Origin: Cyanophyceae cyanobacterium
GTDB taxonomy: Bacteria > Cyanobacteriota > Cyanobacteriia > Cyanobacteriales > Laspinemataceae
NCBI GenBank assembly: GCA_038321985.1
Contig: JBBQFN010000016.1
Location: forward strand, 57,714-121,713
Length of the DNA: 64,000 nt
Reading direction: 5' to 3'
Numbering within the stretch: the stretch's first letter is position 1; the number at the start of each line of letters is the position of its first letter. The position numbers and the translations under genes were made by a program. Shown here piece by piece: positions 39,038-49,906 of the stretch. The notes beneath the pieces were generated by a model, which did no database searches, had not been told where the DNA came from, and worked only from the letters and a program-made list of their open reading frames with translations.

Positions 39038-41359
39038 TTGTTAATTCTGTTTTCGATGACCCTGTTTATGAGTGCCTTCCTGCTATTTGGGGTGCAGTTA
39101 ATGGTAGCGAAGATGATTTTACCCCTCTTAGGAGGTTCTCCGGCGGTTTGGAATACCTGCCAGTTCTTTTTTCAAGGCACTTTATTACTGGGATATGCCT
39201 ACGCTCATTTAAGCACCCGTTATCTGGGAACTTGTCGTCAAGCGATCGCCCATAGTCTACTCCTATTTTTGCCCCTAATTACTTTACCCATCACCCTTTC
39301 TAAAACCGGATTTCCTCCGGAAAATGCTAATCCAATTCCCTGGTTATTAGGTCTGTTGGTCTTGTCTGTGGGATTGCCCTTTTTTGTGGTGGCTACCAGT
39401 GCACCTCTGATCCAAAAATGGTTGGCAGAAACGGACCATCCCAGTAGCCAGGAACCCTATTTTCTCTATAGTGCTAGTAACTTGGGTAGCTTATTAGGAT
39501 TAGTCAGTTATCCCCTTTTAATTGAACCTAATTTATCGCTATCGGAACAAAGTTTTCTCTGGACTGCGGGTTATGGAATCCTAATCTTATTCACTCTAAG
39601 CTGTGCTGTGTGTTTGTGGAAATTTTATGCTCTCCCAGAACATCGGGTTCAATCTCTATCCGATAAAAATAAAAGCAACCCAGCCGTTGACCCTCTTACC
39701 TGGAAACAACAAGCCCAGTGGGTCTTACTTTCTTTTATTCCCTCCAGTTTACTGTTAGGAATTACCACTTATTTAACCACAGATTTAGCAGCAATTCCCC
39801 TACTTTGGGCGATTCCTCTCATCCTCTACTTACTCTCTTTTATTCTAACTTTTGCCCGGAATCCTCGGTTACCTCATCAGATATTAATCACGTTAATTCC
39901 CTTATTTTCAAGCGCCCTGATCATTTTCTTTTTAGCGAAGGTGATGCGTCCTATTGCCTTACTTTTGCCGTTACACCTACTGGGGTTCTTCGCGATCGCC
40001 TGTGTCTTTCATGGAGAATTAGCACGTCGTCGTCCTCCTGTTCACCACTTAACCGAGTTTTATTTGTGGATTTCTCTGGGTGGAGTTTTAGGGGGCTGGT
40101 TTAATGCGATCGCTGCTCCCATTTTATTCCCCTCCGTGCTAGAATATCCCCTAGTTTTGTTGCTGGCCCTGTTAATTCTGCAAGACCCCTTAGAACGGGC
40201 TAATCCAAAAAATCAACCCGAAAAAACTCCACAACCCCAAGGCGATTTAGACACCTGGTTAAGCGAACTCCGTAAAGAACAACAAACCCGTAAAACCCAG
40301 CAGTCCGGAATTAAATTTAACTTAAAAACCACCCGAATTATTAGCATCAGTTTATTATTGGGTGCGTTGCTAGTCGGATTCACCCTCCGAAATATTAGTC
40401 AAGGTTGGTTTGGTAATTTATTTGCGATCGCCCTCTTAATTGCCCTTTATTTTACCTTTTCCCTACCCCGTACCCGCCTAGGTATAGGATTAACCTTAAT
40501 TTTGCTTTTAGGCCAATTTTCCCTCGGCAATATGAGTGGAGTGTTGCAAACCGAACGTAACTTTTTTGGCGTCAATCGCATCGTCTATGATCGCCGGGGA
40601 CCGTATCATAGTTTAGTACATGGAACCACCTTACATGGTAGACAAAGCCTTAACCCTCAACGCAGCCAAGAACCCTTAACTTATTTTCATCCCACAGGTC
40701 CCATTGGTCAAACTTTTGACCAGTTAAATTCCAGCGATCGCCTTCAAAATGTGGCCATATTAGGATTAGGAATTGGCACCCTAGCTGCCTACGCCCAACC
40801 GGGGCAAACCTGGACTTTTTATGAAATTGATCCTATTGTTGAAAAACTCGCCCGAGACCCCCGATATTTTACCTTTTTAGAACAATCTAAAGCGCCATTT
40901 TCTATCATTTTAGGAGATGCCCGGTTGCAACTCGCCCAAACTCCAAATAACAGTTATGATTTGCTGGTAATGGATGCTTTTAGTTCCGATTCCATCCCCG
41001 TGCATTTGGTCACCCAAGAAGCGTTACAATTGTACTTGACAAAACTCAGGGAACGGGGTATTATAGCCATTAATATTTCCAATCGCTACATTAATTTAGA
41101 ACCCGTCTTAGGAACCCTAGCCCGGGAGTTAGGATTAGCCACCCTCCAACAGTTAGATCGAGACCTTTCTCCGGAAGAAAAAGCCCTGGGAAAAACCCCC
41201 TCTCAATGGGTTCTACTCGCACAAAAACGCGAAGATTTTGGAAATTTAAGCAGAAATTCCCGTTGGCAACCCATTCTAGAAATAGAGAAAGCCCCCTTAT
41301 GGACTGATGATTTTTCGGATTTAGTGGGAGTATTGCGCCTGTTTGATATGCAACGATGA
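39038..41359 (+). CDS. Fused membrane domain / spermidine synthase-like methyltransferase
   Basis: Many TM segments; HGTTLHG, GLGIGTLA, EIDP, GDAR, DAFSSDSIP, WTDDFS. Confidence 0.88.
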   Translation: MLILFSMTLFMSAFLLFGVQLMVAKMILPLLGGSPAVWNTCQFFFQGTLLLGYAYAHLSTRYLGTCRQAIAHSLLLFLPLITLPITLSKTGFPPENANPIPWLLGLLVLSVGLPFFVVATSAPLIQKWLAETDHPSSQEPYFLYSASNLGSLLGLVSYPLLIEPNLSLSEQSFLWTAGYGILILFTLSCAVCLWKFYALPEHRVQSLSDKNKSNPAVDPLTWKQQAQWVLLSFIPSSLLLGITTYLTTDLAAIPLLWAIPLILYLLSFILTFARNPRLPHQILITLIPLFSSALIIFFLAKVMRPIALLLPLHLLGFFAIACVFHGELARRRPPVHHLTEFYLWISLGGVLGGWFNAIAAPILFPSVLEYPLVLLLALLILQDPLERANPKNQPEKTPQPQGDLDTWLSELRKEQQTRKTQQSGIKFNLKTTRIISISLLLGALLVGFTLRNISQGWFGNLFAIALLIALYFTFSLPRTRLGIGLTLILLLGQFSLGNMSGVLQTERNFFGVNRIVYDRRGPYHSLVHGTTLHGRQSLNPQRSQEPLTYFHPTGPIGQTFDQLNSSDRLQNVAILGLGIGTLAAYAQPGQTWTFYEIDPIVEKLARDPRYFTFLEQSKAPFSIILGDARLQLAQTPNNSYDLLVMDAFSSDSIPVHLVTQEALQLYLTKLRERGIIAINISNRYINLEPVLGTLARELGLATLQQLDRDLSPEEKALGKTPSQWVLLAQKREDFGNLSRNSRWQPILEIEKAPLWTDDFSDLVGVLRLFDMQR

Positions 41360-41366
41360 ATTAGAG

Positions 41367-41435
41367 ATAAACAGAGTTCTTGGATAAAAACTATTTAGTT
41401 AATTCTCCCATTCGGACTCAAAAACTCTGTTTATT
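41367..41435. terminator. Inverted repeat between convergent genes
   Basis: ATAAACAGAGTT...AACTCTGTTTAT. Confidence 0.45.
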
Positions 41436-41462
41436 ACTTCTATCTTTTATGGGGCGAATAGT

Positions 41463-44400
41463 TTAGGGTTCAGCACCATAACCACCGCCTCCCGGTGTTT
41501 GAATGACAAAGATATCTCCGGGATTCATTTGAACGGCACTGGTGCTGCCTAATTCTTCAATTGTACCATCGCTACGTTCCACTGAATTATGCCCGATCGC
41601 ACCGTCGCCTCCTTGATTTAATCCGGCAGGGGGAATCCGGCGATGGTTGGATAAAATTGCGGCTGTCATCGGTTCCAAAAATCGGATGCGGCGAATCACT
41701 CCATTTCCTCCTTTGAATTGTCCTTTACCACCACTATTTTCACGAATGGAAAAACTCTCTAATTGGACGGGAAATCGCCATTCTAAAACTTCTGGATCGG
41801 TGAGGCGGGAGTTGGTCATGTGGGTTTGAACAGCGTCGGTTCCGTTGAAGTTAGGACCGGCACCTGAACCGCCACAAATGGTTTCATAATATTGATGCCG
41901 ATCGCTGCCAAAGGTAAAGTTATTCATGCTACCTTGGGATGCTGCCATAACGCCGAGGGCGAGGTATAAGGCATCGACGATCGCCTGGGAAGTTTCGACA
42001 TTTCCGGCAACCACTGCTGCTGGATAGCGGGGGTTTAATAAGCTGCCTTTAGGGATAATAATGCATAAGGGTTTGAGACATCCAGCATTCAGGGGAATAT
42101 TATCATCTACTAAGGTCCGAAATACATACAAAACAGCGGCTTTACAGACGGCTGCGGGGGCGTTAAAATTGCTGTCGAGTTGTGCGGAAGTGCCGGTAAA
42201 ATCAATGGTGGCACTGCGGCTATTTTTATCGATGCTAATTTTAACCTGGATTTCTCCTCCGGCATCCATTGCATAAGTGTATTCGCCATTTTTTAAAACG
42301 GCGATCGCCCGTCGGACTGATTCTTCAGCATTGTCCTGAACATAGCCCATATAGGACTCTACAGTTTCTATACCATAGTGTTTGACCATTTTTTGGAGTT
42401 CTTGTACTCCCCGTTCGTTGGCGGCAATTTGCGCTTGTAAATCAGCAATATTTTGGTCTGTATTTCGTGCGGGATATTCGGCGGTGGTGAGAATCTCTAA
42501 TAAGTTAGATTCTTGAAATTTTCCAGCTTTGACAAGCTGGATGTTATCTAATAATACCCCTTCTTCTACAACGGTTTTGCTATGGGGTGGCATGGAACCC
42601 GGGGTAATGCCGCCAATATCAGCATGATGTCCGCGAGAGGCGACGTAAAATAAAATATCCTCTGTGCTATTATCAAAAACTGGGGTAATGACGGTAATAT
42701 CAGGGAGGTGAGTCCCGCCATTATACGGATTATTAGAAACATAAACATCACCGGGTTTAACGGCTTTGCTTTTGTCGTTAATTAAGGCTTCTACGCTTTC
42801 ACTCATTGAGCCTAAATGCACGGGAATATGAGGTGCATTTGCCACGAGTTGACCGGCGCGGTCGAAAACGGCACAGGAGAAATCTAGGCGTTCTTTAATG
42901 TTGACAGAAGAGGATGTATTTTGTAAAGTAATCCCCATTTGTTCGGCAACTGCCCGAAACAAATTGTTGAAGATTTCTAACAGGACCGGATCAGGAGTTG
43001 TAGTTGTGACTGCTTGGGTTTCTACCCGAGGAAGTTTTGCGGCTGATACCCGGTTTAACACTAAGTAATTGCGGGCCGTAATTTGCACTTGCCAACCGGA
43101 GGCGATCGCATTGGTTCCGGTTGGTTCTATAATTAAAGCCGGTCCATTAATCGTGTCTCCCGGTTGCAATTCAAGGCGCTGAAACACAGGAGTTTCCTGC
43201 CAGCAATCGCTGTCGTACATGGGTACGCTGGCAGTCGGGGAGGGGATTGCAGACGATCGCCGCGTAACGGTCGGTTCCTCTGGGGTTTCCATCTTCTCTA
43301 CCACTTCTACGGAAACCGCTTCAACGATTAGGGATTTATCTTCTTTAATGAATCCATACCGTTGGCGGTGTTCCGCTTCAAATGCCGCTTTGACTGTGGC
43401 AGGACTGGCAGCAAACTCTACTATTAATGTGGAGTCGGTGCCTTGATATTTAAGATGCAGTTTGGCAACGGAAACCACTTCGCTTGTGCCATCGCTGATG
43501 GGGTTTAATTCGGCTTTTCCTTCGGCTTCAAGTTGCGATAATTGGGCTTGCAATTGCAGGAGCAATTCAGAGGTTAATGGGGCTTCGATAGCTCGTTGGC
43601 GAATGGTTCTGACATCGGCTAATCCCATACCGTAAGCGGATAAAACCCCAGCAAAGGGATGGATAAAGACCCGTTTCATGCCCAATGTATCAGCAATTTG
43701 ACAGGCGTGTTGCCCTCCTGCACCGCCAAAGCAACAGAGGGTATATTCTGAGACATCATATCCCCGTTGTAGGGAGATTTTTTTAATGGCATTTGCCATG
43801 TTTTCAACCGCGATCGCCAGGAATCCGGCTGCCACTTGTTCCGGGAGGCGATCGTCCCCGGTTGCTTGTTTAATTTGGTGCGCTAGTTCATTAAATTGGT
43901 CATGGACAATGGTATTATCTAAAGGTAAATCTCCATTCATTCCAAAAACTTTGGGGAAAAATTGCGGTTGAATTTTCCCTAACATGACATTACAATCGGT
44001 AACCGTTAGCGGTCCCCCTTTCCGATAGCAAGCAGGGCCGGGATTAGCCCCGGCAGACTCGGGACCGACTCGATAACGCGAACCATCAAAAAATAAAATT
44101 GACCCGCCACCGGCAGCAACGGTATGAATTGACATCATGGGAGTTCTTAAGCGCACTCCGGCAATTTCAGTTTCAAATTCTCGTTCGTATTCGCCGTTAT
44201 AATGAGCAACATCGGTGGAAGTACCGCCCATATCAAAGCTGATAATTTTCTCAAATCCGGCCTTTTTGCTAGTTTCTACGGCACCCACAATGCCGCCGGC
44301 AGGACCGGATAAAATGCTATCTTTTCCTTGAAATTGTCGCGCATCTGTTAAACCGCCATTGGATTGCATGAACATCAAACGATTTTCTAAGGCGTTGGGA

Positions 44401-45113
44401 TGGGCAGATAATTCTCCAGACACGCGATCGACATAGCGACGTAAAATGGGAGACAGATAGGCATCGACAACCGTGGTATCTCCGCGACTCACCAGTTTCA
44501 TTAAAGGGCTGACTTCGTGGGAAACAGATATTTGAGTAAATCCAATAATTTTGGCAATTTTGGCAATTTTTTGCTCATGTTGGGGATAGCGATATCCATG
44601 CATCAAGACGATGGCACAACTTCTAATCCCACTCTGATAAGCAGCTTGTAATGCTTCGATTAAAGGCGCTTCATTGATGACTTCTAACTCTTCCCCATCG
44701 GCGCTATATCGTTCTTCTACCTCAATGGCTTGTTCATAAAGCATTTGAGGTAAAATAATCTCACGGGCAAAGATATCGGGGCGGTTTTGATACCCGATTC
44801 TTAGGGCATCTTTAAATCCTTGAGTAATCACCAGAACCGTGCGATCGCCTTTGCGTTCTAATAAGGCATTGGTGGCAACTGTTGTTCCCATTTTAATCGC
44901 CCCAATTTGGTCAATTGGGATGGGTTGATCCTCCGAAATACCCATAATTTCTCGGATTCCTTGGACGGGTGCATCTTTGTATCGTTCGGGATTTTCTGAT
45001 AACACTTTATGGACCATCAGTTGTCCATCGGGACGCTTCGCCACTACATCAGTAAAAGTCCCCCCGCGATCAATCCAAAATTCCCAGCGATTTTCTGAAT
45101 TTAGAGGAGTCAT
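41463..45113 (-). CDS. 5-oxoprolinase (fused hydantoinase A/B family)
   Basis: [45 protein letters not shown]. Confidence 0.95.
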   Translation of the reverse strand: MTPLNSENRWEFWIDRGGTFTDVVAKRPDGQLMVHKVLSENPERYKDAPVQGIREIMGISEDQPIPIDQIGAIKMGTTVATNALLERKGDRTVLVITQGFKDALRIGYQNRPDIFAREIILPQMLYEQAIEVEERYSADGEELEVINEAPLIEALQAAYQSGIRSCAIVLMHGYRYPQHEQKIAKIAKIIGFTQISVSHEVSPLMKLVSRGDTTVVDAYLSPILRRYVDRVSGELSAHPNALENRLMFMQSNGGLTDARQFQGKDSILSGPAGGIVGAVETSKKAGFEKIISFDMGGTSTDVAHYNGEYEREFETEIAGVRLRTPMMSIHTVAAGGGSILFFDGSRYRVGPESAGANPGPACYRKGGPLTVTDCNVMLGKIQPQFFPKVFGMNGDLPLDNTIVHDQFNELAHQIKQATGDDRLPEQVAAGFLAIAVENMANAIKKISLQRGYDVSEYTLCCFGGAGGQHACQIADTLGMKRVFIHPFAGVLSAYGMGLADVRTIRQRAIEAPLTSELLLQLQAQLSQLEAEGKAELNPISDGTSEVVSVAKLHLKYQGTDSTLIVEFAASPATVKAAFEAEHRQRYGFIKEDKSLIVEAVSVEVVEKMETPEEPTVTRRSSAIPSPTASVPMYDSDCWQETPVFQRLELQPGDTINGPALIIEPTGTNAIASGWQVQITARNYLVLNRVSAAKLPRVETQAVTTTTPDPVLLEIFNNLFRAVAEQMGITLQNTSSSVNIKERLDFSCAVFDRAGQLVANAPHIPVHLGSMSESVEALINDKSKAVKPGDVYVSNNPYNGGTHLPDITVITPVFDNSTEDILFYVASRGHHADIGGITPGSMPPHSKTVVEEGVLLDNIQLVKAGKFQESNLLEILTTAEYPARNTDQNIADLQAQIAANERGVQELQKMVKHYGIETVESYMGYVQDNAEESVRRAIAVLKNGEYTYAMDAGGEIQVKISIDKNSRSATIDFTGTSAQLDSNFNAPAAVCKAAVLYVFRTLVDDNIPLNAGCLKPLCIIIPKGSLLNPRYPAAVVAGNVETSQAIVDALYLALGVMAASQGSMNNFTFGSDRHQYYETICGGSGAGPNFNGTDAVQTHMTNSRLTDPEVLEWRFPVQLESFSIRENSGGKGQFKGGNGVIRRIRFLEPMTAAILSNHRRIPPAGLNQGGDGAIGHNSVERSDGTIEELGSTSAVQMNPGDIFVIQTPGGGGYGAEP

Positions 45114-45357
45114 ATTGACCTTCCTTTAAGTTGTGAATAGCTTTTCTATTTTAAATTAACGAAAGCAAAATCCCTGATAACGTTATTAAAAGTTAAATAA
45201 CTTTACAATTTTAAATCAGGGTTAGCACCAGTCACAAAAGTTAGGAGTCAAGTCGCTGACACGGCCCCAAAAGTCGCTTTTAAGGAAAGACTACGAGAGG
45301 ATAAAGAAAGCGATCGCCCATTTTAAATAGGCGATCGCGGCCCCGTATTAAAACCCC

Positions 45358-46095
45358 TTATTTCTTGCGGGCTAACATTTCGGGGACTAAACAATTAGTA
45401 GCAATTCGCACCACTCCTAAATCAAGTAACCGTTCTAAATCCTTGAGTTTATCTACTGTCCAAGCGACAATGTCTACTCCTTGTTCGCGGCTAAGATGAA
45501 CTAAGGATGGATTTTTTAACAACAGTTTATACTTGCTCATCATGACGGTATTTCCTGCTTCTGCTGCCTTGGCTAATTGCCTGCGGAAAGCTGTCCGGTT
45601 CGCGACGAGATAAGCAAACGAAAAATTATCGCTTCTTTCCCGAACCCGGTCGATAAAAGAAGCATTAAAAGAAGCAATAATGCCCCGGTTTTCAAATTGA
45701 TGTTGAATGAGCATATCAATTAATTGGTCTACTTGTTCATTTTCCCAATAAGAATGGGTCTTAACTTCTATGTAAATATATTTTTTAATATCTTTAAGTA
45801 CCATTAAAGATTCTTCTAAGGTCGGAATTTCTTCTCCTTTAAAGCGCAGGTCAAACCAGGAACCAGCCTCCCTATGTTTGAGCTGTTCTAGGGTTTTTTT
45901 CCTAACTTTGCCTCGAATTCCAGTCGTGCGGGTTAAGGTAGAATCATGAATCACCATCGGTACTCCATCGGCACTTAACTGGACATCAAACTCGATGGAA
46001 TCTGCCTGATGTTCGATCGCTGCCAAAAATGCAGCCAAGGTGTTTTCTGGGGCGATACTTGAGTATCCTCGATGGGCGATAATTTCTAGCTGCAT
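45358..46095 (-). CDS. Glycerophosphodiester phosphodiesterase
   Basis: IIAHRG..APENT, IEFDVQLSADG..MVIHD, WTVD. Confidence 0.93.
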   Translation of the reverse strand: MQLEIIAHRGYSSIAPENTLAAFLAAIEHQADSIEFDVQLSADGVPMVIHDSTLTRTTGIRGKVRKKTLEQLKHREAGSWFDLRFKGEEIPTLEESLMVLKDIKKYIYIEVKTHSYWENEQVDQLIDMLIQHQFENRGIIASFNASFIDRVRERSDNFSFAYLVANRTAFRRQLAKAAEAGNTVMMSKYKLLLKNPSLVHLSREQGVDIVAWTVDKLKDLERLLDLGVVRIATNCLVPEMLARKK

Positions 46096-46152
46096 GATCT
46101 GAATCTGGTAAAATGAAGGACGGGTCTATCTTTAACATAACCTTTTTTTCAA

Positions 46153-47604
46153 ATGGAACCCCATCCCCTACCCTCATGGAATCAAGTCCGGGATACCTTC
46201 TGCAATATCTGGGGATATGATGATTTTAGAAGTCCCCAAGGCGAAATTGTGCAGAGTCTGTTGCAGGGGAAAGATGCGTTGATTGTGTTACCTACTGGCG
46301 GGGGGAAGTCGATTTGCTTCCAACTCCCAGCATTACTCCAAAACGGGTTAACCCTAGTGGTTTCGCCATTGGTGGCATTGATGGAAAATCAGGTCCAAGA
46401 ATTGCGCGATCGCCACCTATCTGCTGCACTCCTACATGGTGAAGTGATCGCAAAACAGCGCAAAAAAACCCTGCAAGCACTGGAAAACAATCAATTACGG
46501 TTATTATATTTGTCCCCGGAAACTCTGCTGAGTCCCCCGGTTTGGCAGCGTTTATTAGCACCAGAATTACCTATCACTGGACTCATTTTAGATGAGGCAC
46601 ATTGTCTGGTACAATGGGGAGATACATTTCGACCCGCCTATCGCCGTTTGGGTACGGTTCGTCCGGCACTTTTAAAATCAAAACCGGCTGGGTCAAAACT
46701 GCCGATCGCCGCTTTTACGGCCACCGCTGACCCCAAATCCCAAAAAACGATTCAATCGATTCTACAATTACAAAAACCCGACCATTTTTTACTCAGTCCT
46801 TATCGTTCCAATCTCTACTTACAAATCCAAATTGCTTGGACTCCGCGAGGACGCCGGCAACGGATGTTAGAGTTTATTCAATCTCAGCGATCGCACTCAG
46901 GCTTAGTCTATGTTAGAACGCGCCGGGATGCAGAAGAACTCGCCGCCTGGTTACGTCAACAAGGATGTAAAACCTGCGCCTATCATGCGGGTTTGAGTGG
47001 GGAGGAACGGCGCAGCATCGAAAGTAATTGGATTAGCAGTCGCCTCCAATTTGTAGTCTGTACCTGTGCTTTTGGTATGGGAGTAAATAAGCCGGATGTG
47101 CGCTGGGTGTTACACTTCCAAACCCCCGCCTTATTATCAGAATATATTCAAGAAATCGGGCGCGCGGGTCGAGATGGTAAACCGGCGACGGCACTTTCTT
47201 TAATTAGCGAATGTACGGGCTGGCTAGACCCCCAAGATAATCACCAGCGGCAATTTATAGAAACTCAACAACAATCTTCTTACCGACGCGCTCAAAATTT
47301 GTTAAAAAAGTTACCCCGCCAAGGGAATATCAATGACATTATAAAACAATATCCCGATGGGGCAATTGCGCTTTCTTTACTGCATAGCATGGGTCAGTTA
47401 CAATGGCGTGACCCTTTTAATTATAGCATAATTCATCCAGATTCATCCCCTACCCTACCTCAGGAAAAGCCCAGTCAATACATGAAACAATTCCTCTTTA
47501 CCCGGCGATGTCGGTGGCAGTTTTTATTAGAATCTTTTGGGTTTGTGGAGGAAGCAAAAACTATGAAATGCGGTCATTGTGATAAATGTGGGGGGAAACC
47601 TTGA
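46153..47604 (+). CDS. recQ: RecQ family ATP-dependent DNA helicase (short form)
   Basis: PTGGGKS, DEAH, TATA, QEIGRAGRDG, Zn-binding CR...CGHCDKC. Confidence 0.92.
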   Translation: MEPHPLPSWNQVRDTFCNIWGYDDFRSPQGEIVQSLLQGKDALIVLPTGGGKSICFQLPALLQNGLTLVVSPLVALMENQVQELRDRHLSAALLHGEVIAKQRKKTLQALENNQLRLLYLSPETLLSPPVWQRLLAPELPITGLILDEAHCLVQWGDTFRPAYRRLGTVRPALLKSKPAGSKLPIAAFTATADPKSQKTIQSILQLQKPDHFLLSPYRSNLYLQIQIAWTPRGRRQRMLEFIQSQRSHSGLVYVRTRRDAEELAAWLRQQGCKTCAYHAGLSGEERRSIESNWISSRLQFVVCTCAFGMGVNKPDVRWVLHFQTPALLSEYIQEIGRAGRDGKPATALSLISECTGWLDPQDNHQRQFIETQQQSSYRRAQNLLKKLPRQGNINDIIKQYPDGAIALSLLHSMGQLQWRDPFNYSIIHPDSSPTLPQEKPSQYMKQFLFTRRCRWQFLLESFGFVEEAKTMKCGHCDKCGGKP

Positions 47605-47717
47605 ATGAATTTTGCTGAAATCCTCCACCCAAACCCAACAGGTGTCAGAACCGCTTAATCCCCGTGTCCTAGCTGAAGCCATGACAGGGGATTAGCTTGA
47701 TTGTTGATAGAAATAGG

Positions 47718-48428
47718 TTAAGGAATTCTGGGATTCTGGAAAGAATTTGGACCTGTTATAGAGGGGTTGCTTCGAGGATGACCTGGCGGAACCGTAGGCA
47801 TTCCGTCAGCATTAACCATGGGTTCTCCCGGAAGATGGTAGACTCCCCATTCCTGGATGTCTCTTCCCATCAGAATTTTTTCCGCCTGTTCAATTTCAGA
47901 AACTGAACCTTCAACAATGAGTAAATAATGTCCTCGGGAGAGGCGATCATTATAGATTTTGGCTTGTTCTTCAGGAATGCCTAAACCCGCCAAGGCCCCG
48001 ACTAAACCCCCCGCCGCAGCCCCGATCGCACTAGCGGCTAGAGTATTCAATAGGATTGTTGCCACCGTACCGCCGGCGAGTACCGGCCCGATTCCCGGAA
48101 TGGTTAAGGCGGCTAGGGCTTGCAGCAAACCCATAAAACCCCCGACTGTTGCCCCTGCCACCGCACCCGTGGCGGCCCCTTCTTCGGCAAAGGTTCCCGT
48201 GGCGTCGGTGGTAGTGCCACGGGGTGCGGGGCTGGCGGCGGCATCTCCCATTGTGCGATGGTAATTTATATCACTCTCACTTAAATTCCGTGACCGGGGC
48301 AGGTCCGGGGCAATAATCGACAGGCGATCGAGAGAAAAGCCTGCTTTTTGAAGGTGGTGGAATGCGACTTCGGCATCTTCGTAACGCTCGAAAACGCCTA
48401 CGGCACGTCTCAGGTCATCTAATGTCAT
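47718..48428 (-). CDS. General-stress-protein-like membrane protein with glycine zipper
   Basis: RAVGVF...AGF..LSII, GAATGAVAG..GG..GLL, IPGIGPVLAGG, GIPEEQAKIY; ATG at 48428 with GGAG SD. Confidence 0.8.
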   Translation of the reverse strand: MTLDDLRRAVGVFERYEDAEVAFHHLQKAGFSLDRLSIIAPDLPRSRNLSESDINYHRTMGDAAASPAPRGTTTDATGTFAEEGAATGAVAGATVGGFMGLLQALAALTIPGIGPVLAGGTVATILLNTLAASAIGAAAGGLVGALAGLGIPEEQAKIYNDRLSRGHYLLIVEGSVSEIEQAEKILMGRDIQEWGVYHLPGEPMVNADGMPTVPPGHPRSNPSITGPNSFQNPRIP

Positions 48429-48529
48429 CACTATCTCCATTTTCTTACTAAACAGGGGCCTGTTGTCTGATCCCAAGGCCGGATTTTCGGAGGGAATTGA
48501 TCGCACAAATTACCGGCTTGAGAGAGGAA

Positions 48530-49108
48530 TTAATCGGAAAGCAGAGAATTCATCAAGGGCGATCGCTCGTGGATTTCCCAGTCTTGGATGCCACGAGCGG
48601 TTAAAATGCGAGTAGCTAGGGCAATTTCGCGATCGCTTCCGGTGAGGATCAGCAGGTAATCCCCCCGAATCACTTGTTCACAATAATTGTGAGCGCGATC
48701 GGCTGACATCCCACAACTGACCAAGCGACCTACAATACTTCCCGTGGCAGCACCAATCACCCCTCCGCCAAAAAGGACGGTCCCTAAAGTCATTGCTTCT
48801 ATTCCAGCCAACATTAGGGGTCCAATGCCAGAAAGTGCTAAGATGCTAAGGCTTACAAGCAACCCCAAAACCATCCCTACACTTCCCCCGGTCAAAGCAC
48901 CGGCCAGTCCGGTATCTTCCGATGGATTGTCAATCGTTGTGATTTCGATGGCGTTACCCGGGGTTGCTCGCATCCGATTATGTTTTCGAGCGATCGCAGA
49001 AATGTTTTTCATGGGAAAACCTGCGGATTTGAGGTCGCACAGAGCGACTGCGGCTTTTTCCATGCTGGGGAATAATCCCACCGCTCGTTTCTGTGGATTC
49101 AATACCAT
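48530..49108 (-). CDS. General-stress-protein-like glycine-zipper protein (paralog of downstream gene)
   Basis: RAVGLF..AGFPMKNISAI, GALTGG, GIGPL, G.YLLI..G, GIQDW; ATG at 49108 with GAGGA SD. Confidence 0.75.
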   Translation of the reverse strand: MVLNPQKRAVGLFPSMEKAAVALCDLKSAGFPMKNISAIARKHNRMRATPGNAIEITTIDNPSEDTGLAGALTGGSVGMVLGLLVSLSILALSGIGPLMLAGIEAMTLGTVLFGGGVIGAATGSIVGRLVSCGMSADRAHNYCEQVIRGDYLLILTGSDREIALATRILTARGIQDWEIHERSPLMNSLLSD

Positions 49109-49270
49109 GCTTCCTCGTTTTGACAATTTATAAAAATTGACTTCAATTTCCTAACTACTGTCCTAAAGTTTTGGGGTAAAACTGTTTTTATCTTTCCTAC
49201 GATACCTAACTGCTCGCGCCTATTCAATCACTCTTTAGAGGGACCTTTTGCTCTATCGATAGAAAGATAA

Positions 49271-49301
49271 AAGCTGCATTGTCCTGGGACTAATGCAGCT
49301 T
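49271..49301 (-). terminator. Putative intrinsic terminator
   Basis: AAGCTGCATT-N11-AATGCAGCTT hairpin with a T-run on the minus strand, downstream of the 49345-49635 ORF. Confidence 0.5.
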
Positions 49302-49344
49302 CCTGAAACCGGCCAATTTCCCAATTTCCGCTGATTTTTCCTAA

Positions 49345-49635
49345 TTAGCGGTTGGTTTCCTCGACTGGGGGTGGGGGTTCGGTTAGGCCCCAATTATTGA
49401 GCAGATTGAGAACTCCGATCGCAGCCACTCCCCCCAGACTCAAGCCAATGAGGAGTAAAATTACATACAGCCTTTTAAAGGATTGTTGGATTCCCGAGGG
49501 GTTAGATTTGGGGAGATTTGCAGTGGTGTGGAGACTCTCAACTTTCAGATTGGCGATGTCAGTCCCATCGACTGTAGGGGGAGGTAGTTCATGGGAGTTT
49601 AACGGCGGTGGGGAAGGATCGCTGGGTCGATTCAT
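49345..49635 (-). CDS. Small membrane hypothetical protein
   Basis: Pro-rich N-terminus and one TM (LYVILLLIGLSLGGVAAIGV), then WGLTEP. Confidence 0.7.
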   Translation of the reverse strand: MNRPSDPSPPPLNSHELPPPTVDGTDIANLKVESLHTTANLPKSNPSGIQQSFKRLYVILLLIGLSLGGVAAIGVLNLLNNWGLTEPPPPVEETNR

Positions 49636-49906
49636 GATGTTAGATTTATCAGTTTTTTCTTAATATAACAGAATGCCTAGATTCGTTGCAGGCATGGGTA
49701 ATGATGGAGGTTTTTAACAGCAGGCATAGATTGAATAAATTGATCTACCTATCCAGATGAATTTTCCTTATGCCCCTCCTTTAGTGCAGCCTAAAAATTG
49801 ATCTAATCCTAGGCTGGAAAGTTTTAAACCTACAAGGACAAATCCCTGCACCCAAACTCGTTTAAAATTAGGGTGATTCCCCTGCCTAAACTGCTGCCCT
49901 GTAACC

